From a virus (taxonomy: Duplodnaviria > Heunggongvirae > Uroviricota > Caudoviricetes), in IMG/VR virus record IMGVR_UViG_2718218309_000006: a stretch of 46,234 nucleotides of DNA; one strand, 5' to 3'. The translations under genes and the position numbers were made by a program. Positions 24,442 through 32,859 of this stretch are shown here, in pieces. Under the pieces are notes generated by a model, which was not told the DNA's origin, searched no databases, and saw only the letters and a list, made by a program, of their open reading frames with translations. Every line of letters starts with the position of its first letter. Position 1 is the stretch's first letter.

Positions 24442-24700
24442 TGTTCATTCCACGGCCAAAAACAGAGAAAGGAAACGACAGAGGCCAAAAAGCTCGCTTT
24501 CAGCACCTGTCGCTTCCTTTCTTTTCAGAGGGTATTTTAAATAAAAACATTAAGTTATGACGAAGAAGAACGGAAACGCCTTAAACCGGAAAATTTTCAT
24601 AAATAGCGAAAACCCGCGAGGTCGCCGCCCCGTAACCTGTCGGATCGCCGGAAAGGACCCGCAAAATGATAATAATTATCATCTGCATGTCACAACGTGC
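24442..24700. other. cos region (cosB, cosN, cosQ); 12-nt cohesive end GGGCGGCGACCT at 24619-24630 (plus strand reads aggtcgccgccc)
   Basis: Reverse complement matches the lambda left end GGGCGGCGACCTCGCGGGTTTTCGCTATTTATGAAAATTTTCCGG and the right end ...CCGGCGATCCGACAGGTTACG as recalled. Confidence 0.9.
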
Positions 24701-24829
24701 ATCTACGCCATCAAACCACGTCAAATAATCAATTATGACGCAGGTATCATATTAATTGATCTGCATCAACTTAACGTAAAAACAACTTCAGACAATACAA
24801 ATCAGCGACACTAAATACGGGACAACCTC

Positions 24830-25063
24830 ATGTCAACGAAGAACAGAACCCGCAGAACAACAATCCGCAACATCCGCTTTCCTAACCAAATGATTGAACA
24901 AATTAACATCGCTCTTGATCAAAAAGGGTCCGGGAATTTCTCAGCCTGGGTCATTGAAGCCTGCCGCCGGAGACTGTGCTCAGAAAAAAGAGTTTCTCCT
25001 GAAGCAAACAAAGAAAAGAGTGACATTACTGAATTGCTCAGAAAACAGATCAGACCAGATTGA
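24830..25063 (+). CDS. Small basic protein, ylcI-like (DLP12 right-end family)
   Basis: 77 aa, MSTKNRTRRTTIRNIRFPNQMIEQINIALDQKGSGNFSAWVIEACRRRL; resembles DLP12 ylcI-type proteins as recalled. Confidence 0.45.
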   Translation: MSTKNRTRRTTIRNIRFPNQMIEQINIALDQKGSGNFSAWVIEACRRRLCSEKRVSPEANKEKSDITELLRKQIRPD

Positions 25064-25119
25064 AGCAATTTAGATAATAGTGCAGACTACGCCCCTCATA
25101 TCACATGGAAGGTACTACA

Positions 25120-25530
25120 ATGGCTCAGGTTGCCATTTTTAAACAAATATTCGATAAAGTGCGAAATAATTTAAACTATCACTGGTTTTATTCTGAACTA
25201 AAACGTCACAATGTCTCACATTACATTTACTATTTAGCTACAGAGAATATTCATCTTGTTCTTGAAAACGATAATACGGTTTTAATAAAAGGACAGGGTA
25301 AGGTTGTAAATGTAAGATTTTCAAAAAATAAATGCCTTATAGAAGCCACCTTAAAAGGATTCAAATCAGGAGAGTTATCATTTTACGAATACAGGAAAAA
25401 TCTTGCTACAGCAGGGGTTTTCAGATGGATTACAAATATCCACGAAAACAAAAGGTATTACTATACCTTTGATAATTCATTACTCTTTACTGAGAACATT
25501 CAGAACACTACACAAATATTTCCGCACTAA
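25120..25530 (+). CDS. YbcV-like protein (DUF1398, putative envelope protein)
   Basis: Starts [58 protein letters not shown]; AT-rich gene; resembles DLP12 YbcV as recalled. Confidence 0.5.
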   Translation: MAQVAIFKQIFDKVRNNLNYHWFYSELKRHNVSHYIYYLATENIHLVLENDNTVLIKGQGKVVNVRFSKNKCLIEATLKGFKSGELSFYEYRKNLATAGVFRWITNIHENKRYYYTFDNSLLFTENIQNTTQIFPH

Positions 25531-25879
25531 ATCATAACGTCCGGTTTCTTCCGTGCCAGAACCGGACTCGCTGGCATGATGAAATATGTGTACCCGGTAA
25601 CCCCGGTGTGCATCGTTTTTGATTATTCCCGCACACTCGCGCAGAAGGAGTTCCCCGTCGGGCTACGGTCTCTGTTAATACGGGAATACGGCGACGATAC
25701 AGCGCATGATGTGTCAGGCTTGAATGCCTTTATCCGTTAAAAGGGATATCAGTTAAGTTATCCCGTGCAGGGTATAAGCCATTATCAAGCCCACCCGTAG
25801 ATGGGCTTTGTAATGGATAGCCGTTGCTCAGTTCTAGTAATGCTTTGATTTTTTCGATAACGCAGTTTTGCGTTTGCCA

Positions 25880-26401
25880 TCAGCACGCGATATCGAGAGT
25901 CAACTGCAGTTGCTCGCGCCAGTACTCAACATTTGCTTCAATAACCGGCTTATCCCATCGCCAGCGAGCCATCTCTCTTGCCCCATTGCTGGCTTTTGAT
26001 TTCCGGTCATCGCGAATGCGACATGCTTGCTCATATTTCTGCTGCTCAGTCAGTTCACCGCGAAGCAGACTATCAATGTGCAGGTCGCACCACACAGCAA
26101 AACGAGCATCACACCAACGGGCAAATGCAACTGAAAGTTTTGGATGTAGCCACGTACCACCACCCCTGTCCTTTCGTGCCTTGCTGGTTTTTACATACCT
26201 CGATTGTGAGGGATGTAAAATTTGAGATTCTTTCCCGGTCAACGCTTCGTCTAAAGCACGAACGTATTCAAGCGTTTCTGCCAAACGCATCCAGTTATCA
26301 ATGCGTTTCCCAAATCTCTCAGCAACACCTGTGACGTTGATCCAACCATCAGTGTTGAAACTGACAATTTCACCTTTGTAATTAAGTGGCACGATATTCA
26401 T
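25880..26401 (-). CDS. KilA-N domain protein
   Basis: 173 aa; motif GGGTWLHPKLSVAFARWCDARFAVWCDLHIDSLL typical of KilA-N/APSES-like domains. Confidence 0.55.
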   Translation of the reverse strand: MNIVPLNYKGEIVSFNTDGWINVTGVAERFGKRIDNWMRLAETLEYVRALDEALTGKESQILHPSQSRYVKTSKARKDRGGGTWLHPKLSVAFARWCDARFAVWCDLHIDSLLRGELTEQQKYEQACRIRDDRKSKASNGAREMARWRWDKPVIEANVEYWREQLQLTLDIAC

Positions 26402-26606
26402 AACGTTTACCTACCATTTGAAATGAACCTTTGCCGCACAGGAAACCAGCCCACCGAGGCTCGCCAGCACTAACTGGTATCCTCAAAGGCCCATTCCAAA
26501 GGGGCAGGTTCGGTGTAAAAAAAAACATGCGTTGCGGTACGCATTTATTGCAAAAAAGCCCCGCATCGCGAGGCTCATTAAATGGACTTTGTGATTTGCA
26601 AAAAAA

Positions 26607-27044
26607 TTATTTCAGACATTGCGTCCTGATGTACTCCTGCAGGTAGTTAACCTGCGCGGTTATCCTGTCGATTCCACTTCGGAGACGGTAATAATTGAGT
26701 TCAGCATCTGCTGTAAGTCTTGGGCTTTCTCCATCGCCCATGCTGCTGGCTCCGGTCTTTGACTTTGCACAGGAGGCGGCGACTTGCAGCCGCTTACGCC
26801 CAGCAGAAACATCATCACGGAGACTTTCGATAGTCGCGTTAGCATCAGCAAGTTCCTTTGTATATCTGGCATCGAGTTCTGCTACGTCACGTTGACGCTT
26901 CTGCATGTCAGCGATGATGGATGTGGCTTTGTCGCGCTGTTCTTTGTAGGTCATGGCGTTATCACGGTAATGATTAACAGCCCATGACAGGCAGACGATG
27001 ATGCAGATAACCAGAGCGAAGATAATCGCAGTTACTCTGCTCAT
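26607..27044 (-). CDS. Rz: Spanin inner-membrane subunit Rz
   Basis: Starts [30 protein letters not shown] with N-terminal TM helix and coiled coil; start overlaps the R stop. Confidence 0.88.
   Translation of the reverse strand: MSRVTAIIFALVICIIVCLSWAVNHYRDNAMTYKEQRDKATSIIADMQKRQRDVAELDARYTKELADANATIESLRDDVSAGRKRLQVAASCAKSKTGASSMGDGESPRLTADAELNYYRLRSGIDRITAQVNYLQEYIRTQCLK
26660..26845 (-). CDS. Rz1: Spanin outer-membrane lipoprotein Rz1, embedded in Rz in the +1 frame
   Basis: [20 protein letters not shown] lipobox followed by Pro-rich segment ([16 protein letters not shown]); start codon uncertain. Confidence 0.55.
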   Translation of the reverse strand: MLTRLSKVSVMMFLLGVSGCKSPPPVQSQRPEPAAWAMEKAQDLQQMLNSIITVSEVESTG

Positions 27045-27538
27045 TGCTGCCCCCACAAACAGACTTCACGCTCAATCTCACGGCGAGTCATCAGCCCTTT
27101 CCATTGCTTACCGCCAGCATATGTCCAGCGACGTAGCTGATCACATGCGCCTTTGATATCGCCCTGGTTTATTTTGCGAAGAAGCGTCGATGTTCTGAAA
27201 TTGCCAGCACCCACGTTGTAAACGAATGAGTAAAGAGCGCCGCGCGTTGTTTCCGGTATATCGACTTCGATATACGGGTTAATTTGCCTGGCGACAGTGG
27301 CAAGGTCTTTATTCAGGAGGGCTTTGCACTCTGCTTCGGTATACGTTTTACCGAGCATGATGTCTTTTCCTGTATGCCCGTGACATACAGTCCATACACC
27401 AACAATATCTTTGTATGGTATGTAGCTGACACCTTCCAGACCATCGTTACCACTTGGGCCAGTGATTAACACTGATGCTGTAGCAATTGCTCCGCCACCA
27501 ATAGCAGCAGCAACGGCTTTTCGTAATGATGGAGGCAT
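27041..27538 (-). CDS. R: SAR endolysin R (T4-lysozyme fold, phage 21 type)
   Basis: 165 aa, [44 protein letters not shown]... like recalled P21 R with signal-anchor-release N-terminus. Confidence 0.9.
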   Translation of the reverse strand: MPPSLRKAVAAAIGGGAIATASVLITGPSGNDGLEGVSYIPYKDIVGVWTVCHGHTGKDIMLGKTYTEAECKALLNKDLATVARQINPYIEVDIPETTRGALYSFVYNVGAGNFRTSTLLRKINQGDIKGACDQLRRWTYAGGKQWKGLMTRREIEREVCLWGQQ

Positions 27539-27753
27539 TATTCACCTCTCGCAGCCTTGCGCTTATCTTCTTTAATCTTGAAATAAAGGTTTGTCAGGTA
27601 CGTCAGCAGGCCAAATACCAGGCTACCCAGCACACCTATTGCTGCCCACTGTGAGGGCGTGACTTTATCGAGCAGCTGTAAAAACCAGTAACCGGCACTA
27701 CCTGCTGAGGTGCCATAGGCGACACCCGTTGTTAACTTATCCATGGATTTCAT
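27538..27753 (-). CDS. S: Pinholin S (phage 21 S21-like) with dual-start motif MKSM
   Basis: 71 aa, [71 protein letters not shown]; SD GAGGTGGGG upstream. Confidence 0.88.
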
Positions 27754-28341
27754 AACCCCACCTCGCAGACAAAGCGGGTGTAAATTGAGGGAATACAACG
27801 TATCGCAAAAAAGCAGAAACGTAACAGACTCGGAGTCAGTGAATAACTCAGGTATTAAGTTATCAGCTAATATCGAGACTCAAAAAATGGAAAAACCAGC
27901 TCGACGGCGGGTTTAAGCTGTGTGACGAAGTAACCACTCTTAACAGCATAACCAATTTTTTACGTACGTAAACCACTGAATGATATTTATGAGAATGCTA
28001 CCGAGTGTTCAAAACACCACCACAAATACATAAGAAAACCTCAACAAATAACCAATAAATAATTTCAGAGGTTATTTTTAGTTGATTTAAATTAAACTGC
28101 CGAATTATAGAACCCCCATAAATAACAGCCATTAATATAAATTAGCTAATAGGTTTATTTTTGTTCAAATAAGAGCCATAAATAGGTTTCGATAGAAAAA
28201 GTTCAGATAAAAATAGAGATCTACTTCACAAATTAAATGAGAAACTAAAACTTACATCTTGAAATAATCACATTGATTAGATGAATATTTATCGCGCAGT
28301 GACATCATTTTTTAATAATAGTTCAAAAAAAAGGGCTCACG

Positions 28342-29424
28342 ATGAAAAAATTAACAGTGGCAATTTCTGCTGTAGCTGCATCAGTACTGATGGCGATGTC
28401 TGCTCAGGCAGCTGAAATTTATAATAAAGACAGTAACAAGCTGGATCTGTACGGGAAAGTTAATGCTAAGCACTACTTCTCCTCTAATGATGCAGATGAT
28501 GGTGATACTACTTATGCCCGTCTTGGCTTCAAAGGTGAAACCCAAATCAACGATCAACTGACTGGTTTCGGTCAGTGGGAATATGAATTCAAAGGCAACC
28601 GCGCTGAATCTCAAGGTTCCTCCAAAGACAAAACCCGTCTTGCATTTGCAGGCCTGAAATTCGGTGACTACGGCTCAATCGATTACGGCCGTAACTACGG
28701 TGTAGCATACGACATCGGTGCGTGGACTGACGTTCTGCCAGAATTCGGTGGCGATACCTGGACCCAAACAGATGTATTCATGACTGGTCGCACCACAGGT
28801 GTTGCAACTTATCGTAACAACGACTTCTTTGGTCTGGTTGATGGCCTGAACTTTGCAGCTCAGTATCAGGGCAAAAATGACCGAAATGAAGTAACTGAAG
28901 CTAATGGCGATGGTTTCGGTTTCTCAACTACTTATGAGTATGAAGGATTCGGCGTGGGTGCAACCTATGCTAAATCTGATCGCACTAATAATCAGGTTAT
29001 CTACGGTAACAACGGTCTGAATGCTTCTGGTCAAAATGCTGAAGTATGGGCAGCTGGTCTGAAATATGATGCGAACAACATCTATCTGGCCACCACCTAT
29101 TCTGAAACCCAGAACATGACTGTTTTTGGTAATAACCATATTGCCAACAAAGCACAAAACTTCGAAGCTGTTGCACAATATCAGTTCGACTTCGGCCTGC
29201 GTCCATCCGTTGCTTACCTGCATTCTAAAGGAAAAGACTTGGGTGTTTGGGGTGATCAGGACCTGGTTGAATATGTTGATGTAGGTGCAACCTATTACTT
29301 CAACAAAAATATGTCCACTTTTGTTGACTACAAAATCAACCTGATTGATAAGAGCGATTTCACGAAAGCATCTGGCGTTGCTACCGATGATATCGTTGCT
29401 GTAGGTATGGTTTACCAGTTCTAA
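28342..29424 (+). CDS. Outer membrane porin, OmpC/OmpF/PhoE family (Lc/NmpC-like phage-borne porin)
   Basis: 360 aa, signal peptide [23 protein letters not shown] then [17 protein letters not shown] and C-terminal ...VAVGMVYQF; opposite strand to the flanking Q and lysis genes. Confidence 0.92.
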   Translation: MKKLTVAISAVAASVLMAMSAQAAEIYNKDSNKLDLYGKVNAKHYFSSNDADDGDTTYARLGFKGETQINDQLTGFGQWEYEFKGNRAESQGSSKDKTRLAFAGLKFGDYGSIDYGRNYGVAYDIGAWTDVLPEFGGDTWTQTDVFMTGRTTGVATYRNNDFFGLVDGLNFAAQYQGKNDRNEVTEANGDGFGFSTTYEYEGFGVGATYAKSDRTNNQVIYGNNGLNASGQNAEVWAAGLKYDANNIYLATTYSETQNMTVFGNNHIANKAQNFEAVAQYQFDFGLRPSVAYLHSKGKDLGVWGDQDLVEYVDVGATYYFNKNMSTFVDYKINLIDKSDFTKASGVATDDIVAVGMVYQF

Positions 29425-29562
29425 TTTGATTACTAAAAGATATGTTGTGGGAGGCTTTGCCTCCCCAACATATAAGTGGCTCCCTCAAGCCACTTCCTTT
29501 AGAAGCACAACCTTGCTTCTAACTATACAAACCTTCTGTTATATATTACCCTTTATTTTTGG

Positions 29563-29590
29563 GGGCGTTTCAACGCCCCATTTTTAATAA
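29563..29590 (+). terminator. Rho-independent terminator downstream of the porin gene
   Basis: GGGGCGTT-TCA-ACGCCCC followed by ATTTTTAAT. Confidence 0.55.
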
Positions 29591-29612
29591 CTTTTAGTAA
29601 ATAATTGGCGTA

Positions 29613-29996
29613 TTAATTAGAGTTATTAACAACGATATCCATCTCTAACCGGATATCTAATGCCATTAACATCCCTTCAATTATGCCCTCAGCCTTCTGT
29701 AACCTTTTCCCGATATAACCATCAGAGCAGCAATGCTTACCTGCCAGTGACATGAATGTCATACCGACTACATAATAATCTACTAATAAATCGTGCAAAT
29801 CGCTGTTGTTCTTTTTCAGACGGGCCATGCACCCGCAAATGATCATCGCGTCATCGTCACAACATTGCGGGCGAGATTTTACTTTTGAAGTAATTAATCC
29901 CTTAAAACCGGCGGCAATGGACGACCAGGTCACATCTTCATGATTATTAGCCGCCCACGCTCCCCAACGCTCAAGAACCATCTGAATATCACGCAT
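29613..29996 (-). CDS. Q: Late antiterminator Q (phage 82 / DLP12 QuuD type)
   Basis: 127 aa from [50 protein letters not shown]; matches DLP12 QuuD as recalled. Confidence 0.88.
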   Translation of the reverse strand: MRDIQMVLERWGAWAANNHEDVTWSSIAAGFKGLITSKVKSRPQCCDDDAMIICGCMARLKKNNSDLHDLLVDYYVVGMTFMSLAGKHCCSDGYIGKRLQKAEGIIEGMLMALDIRLEMDIVVNNSN

Positions 29997-30081
29997 CAAC
30001 TTACTCCACAAAAATCAGACCAGAACGCCAATTACAAGCAAAAATCAACGAAACAGTATTAGTTGATTGTTATCTCTGACT

Positions 30082-30204
30082 TCATACTCCTGCTCCTGTC
30101 AGGGTTTTGGCGTAATTCTTCAGTATTCGGTAATCGGTCAAAACAGAACCGGGGAAACGATATAAGCGCAGACGCCCCCAGCGGTGGCGAAGACGTTCTG
30201 CCAT
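30082..30204 (-). CDS. Small ORF in the ylcG position between rusA and Q
   Basis: 40 aa, MAERLRHRWGRLRLYRFPGSVLTDYRILKNYAKTLTGAGV; not in ORF track (under 60 aa). Confidence 0.3.
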   Translation of the reverse strand: MAERLRHRWGRLRLYRFPGSVLTDYRILKNYAKTLTGAGV

Positions 30205-30218
30205 ATAAAACTCAAACA

Positions 30219-30581
30219 TCATTCATTCCCCATTTCGGTGATGGTCAGTTCCAGCCTCCCACCTTTGGTAACAGGCATCTTCACAACGCGGTAATCAACG
30301 ACCTGAGCATCATCCAGCCAGAAACCTGCTTTAGTGAGTGCGTCAAAAGCGGCTTTTTGCAGATTATCCAGGTCACGGCGACGGCGATCCGGCATGTGGC
30401 ACTCAATGCGGATTTTCACAGGCATAGCCAGGCCGATATCCAGCATTGCGTTTTTAATGATTCGGGCGACGTTATCGCGGTATGCCTGCCCCTCTGCGCT
30501 GACGTGCGTGCGCCCGCGATTATGGCGGTAATAGCGATTATTGCTCGGAGGCCAGGGTAATGTGATGCTGTAGGTATTCAC
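30219..30581 (-). CDS. rusA: Holliday junction resolvase RusA
   Basis: 120 aa, [54 protein letters not shown]... Confidence 0.92.
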   Translation of the reverse strand: MNTYSITLPWPPSNNRYYRHNRGRTHVSAEGQAYRDNVARIIKNAMLDIGLAMPVKIRIECHMPDRRRRDLDNLQKAAFDALTKAGFWLDDAQVVDYRVVKMPVTKGGRLELTITEMGNE

Positions 30582-30868
30582 GCCTTAATAACCCCCTCTT
30601 TCAGCCAGATAACCTGTGTTCTCGCCATACCTTCCAGCGCGCATTCTTTTGCATATGCAGCATCGACAAAATGTGTGCGGCGGTCGATTTCGTCGTGGCA
30701 GGCAGAACATGCAATGGTGGCAATCAGGTCTGGCGGTTTGGTACCGGTGCCGCACAATCCAGTCAGCCGGATATGTGCCAGTACAGACGTTTCAGGGTTG
30801 CCATTACATACGCCAGGGATTCTTACCTGGCATTCCCGACTACGCGCTGCTTTTCTCAAATCAGCCAT
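30578..30868 (-). CDS. YbcO-like protein (DUF1364, Cys-rich putative nuclease)
   Basis: 96 aa from [42 protein letters not shown]; start overlaps the ninE end. Confidence 0.8.
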   Translation of the reverse strand: MADLRKAARSRECQVRIPGVCNGNPETSVLAHIRLTGLCGTGTKPPDLIATIACSACHDEIDRRTHFVDAAYAKECALEGMARTQVIWLKEGVIKA

Positions 30869-31031
30869 GATTCCTCCTTGCTGCCAGTCGCAACCATTTT
30901 TTATCAACCAGGCTGGCGGTATATCCGAGCAGTGTTGGTATTTCGGAAGGCTTCAGCTCCGGTTTACGCTTACGACGATCTGGTACTCTGTAGATGTGTC
31001 CGTTCATGACACGAATAAGCGGTGTAGCCAT
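30861..31031 (-). CDS. ninE: NinE
   Basis: 56 aa, [56 protein letters not shown]; not in ORF track (under 60 aa); TAATG overlap with the ybcN stop. Confidence 0.7.
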   Translation of the reverse strand: MATPLIRVMNGHIYRVPDRRKRKPELKPSEIPTLLGYTASLVDKKWLRLAARRNHG

Positions 31032-31486
31032 TACGCCTCCTGCTTGTCGCGGAGCAGCTGGAACTCGCAGCTCTGCGGAATAGTCAGGTGGCAGCCAATA
31101 TTCACCGCCCAGGCTTCAACCTTACACAGGAAGACATACATCTCTCCGGTATCAAGATCGGAGGTATGGCGTAACGACTGGATAGTGGTGATATCACCGG
31201 TTACGACATCAACCAGGTCTTTGGTTTCATAACCGAGATATGTGTGTTTGAGAGCATCTTTTACCCAAGCTGGAGTAGCGAACGTTTTACCCCTGCTGAT
31301 GAGGTATTCACTGATTTCGCTGTACCACATGTGGCTGAGTGCATTCTGGGAAAGACTGCGTTTCTCACGCCACGGTTTAAGCACCATGCGAAAGCATTTG
31401 CCCTCCTCCAGATAAGGCTGGATCTGCCGACCGATAGCGGTGAAGTTACCGCGATGTAATTTGATGCCATCTTGTGGGAGATTCAC
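31031..31486 (-). CDS. NinB-family recombination protein (YbcN-like)
   Basis: 151 aa, [58 protein letters not shown]; resembles DLP12 YbcN as recalled. Confidence 0.8.
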   Translation of the reverse strand: MNLPQDGIKLHRGNFTAIGRQIQPYLEEGKCFRMVLKPWREKRSLSQNALSHMWYSEISEYLISRGKTFATPAWVKDALKHTYLGYETKDLVDVVTGDITTIQSLRHTSDLDTGEMYVFLCKVEAWAVNIGCHLTIPQSCEFQLLRDKQEA

Positions 31487-31680
31487 GCTTCACCTCCGCA
31501 GAGGTCAAACGCTGGATACAATATATCGCAGGTGCATTTCTGCATCTGTGAATGGAGAAGATAGGTTGGTTTGTATGTGCGCATAAACGTCCCCGTTTAG
31601 CGCAGAAGTCACCGGAGTTGTTCAGGCTCCAATGGCATGATTATGGCTGGTTGATTATTGGAAATCAAATGTGCTGAAAA

Positions 31681-32190
31681 TTAGTCTGCCAAGTCTTCCT
31701 CAGTCGCAACTGGGTAATTCCAAATATCAAAAAAAGCTATAGCCTCCTGCCATTTGCTCCATAAGTTATCAAGTACTTGTGTAGGTTCCGTACTTTTAAA
31801 AACAGAATCAGCCGCATCACCGTTATGAACTTCCTCGTACAGTTCCATTATTAGCAGATTAACAAAGTACTGTTTCAACATTAATGCCTGATTACCTTCT
31901 TTCTGCTGGCTATCCTGCTTGATGATCTCCATCGCCCGTACTAGGCACCTGATGATATCCGCTGCATCATTAACGCTCCATTCAGATCCGCGCTTATCTT
32001 TAGCTGATGAATTGGCTCTCTCAGCGCAAGCCTTTAAAGACTCATAAAGGTAAACTCTATTTTGTAGCTGCAGCGCTTTTTTTGACGTGTACCAACTTGC
32101 AAGCGCCGACCCCGCTGCGGCTAATGTGCCAAACGCAGAAATACCTGCTGCTATTGCACTTAAGTCGGCACTGTCAAAGTTCCACATCAT
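31681..32190 (-). CDS. Hypothetical protein, unknown function, with N-terminal hydrophobic segment
   Basis: 169 aa; DLSAIAAGISAFGTLAAAGSALASWY likely TM/signal anchor, acidic C-terminus; AT-rich flanks of about 190 and 150 bp; no family recognised. Confidence 0.5.
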   Translation of the reverse strand: MMWNFDSADLSAIAAGISAFGTLAAAGSALASWYTSKKALQLQNRVYLYESLKACAERANSSAKDKRGSEWSVNDAADIIRCLVRAMEIIKQDSQQKEGNQALMLKQYFVNLLIMELYEEVHNGDAADSVFKSTEPTQVLDNLWSKWQEAIAFFDIWNYPVATEEDLAD

Positions 32191-32508
32191 CGTTACACCT
32201 TATATAAATACCCCTCAGTAATATCCAATAAGGTATGTGCACAATCAATATAATTTTATCCGTATCGGCACATAGCGATTTGAAGGCTACTGGTAATGGT
32301 ATATTTTAGATTATATCGTCCAGTTTACAGCACCCGTATTTTATGAAATGGACTCGCATATTACCCAAAAAATGCCAGCACTTCCGTCATCGTAGAATGC
32401 TGGCAGTATTTCTAACTAGTGACTTTATTGGAACAGATTCTGACGGAAATATGGTAACACTCGACTCCACTTATCATCCAGCCACGGCTGGAATTTTACA
32501 TGTGCCGT

Positions 32509-32748
32509 TTATCTGGCGAGGATTGCTCGCGCTCTGTTGAGTATCTGGGGATATTCATGCTCGATAGAAGTAAAGCGGCCGGCTTCGCGGTGCTCCGCAA
32601 CCTGAAGTAGTGGAGTAACGTTCTGGCAGGCAGTTAACATCACATCACCTGCTCGCCATAACCAAGCACGTGCACAAAGTTTGTTATCAGTGAATTGTTT
32701 TGTGATTGGGTATTGTTGAACTGCTAGAACGAGAACGCCAGCATCCAT
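32509..32748 (-). CDS. Hypothetical small ORF, possibly a gene remnant
   Basis: 79 aa, no recognisable family; lies between the orphan ORF and the recombinase gene. Confidence 0.25.
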   Translation of the reverse strand: MDAGVLVLAVQQYPITKQFTDNKLCARAWLWRAGDVMLTACQNVTPLLQVAEHREAGRFTSIEHEYPQILNRARAILAR

Positions 32749-32859
32749 TGGCAGTCCCTATAGTAAAACCATAGCTCAGGACGCTTCGTTCAGGATAGAT
32801 AATTTTATTGTACTTACCTAACTTTCTTACTATAGCACGGTTGAAAAAGTGATTATTAC

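Noticed and set aside
24557-24814. 85-aa ORF on the plus strand spanning the cos site
   Set aside because: Covers cosN and the terminase binding region, which is non-coding in lambda; no ribosome binding site.
27799-28341. Considered tRNA genes between Q and S, common in lambdoid phages
   Set aside because: This interval is AT-rich promoter-like DNA upstream of the porin gene; I could not find a cloverleaf-compatible sequence with conserved tRNA motifs by eye.
30063-31232. ORFs on the plus strand (165 aa, 112 aa, 185 aa) across the rusA-ybcO-ninE-ninB region
   Set aside because: Antisense to recognisable nin-region genes that are tightly coupled with overlapping start/stop codons.
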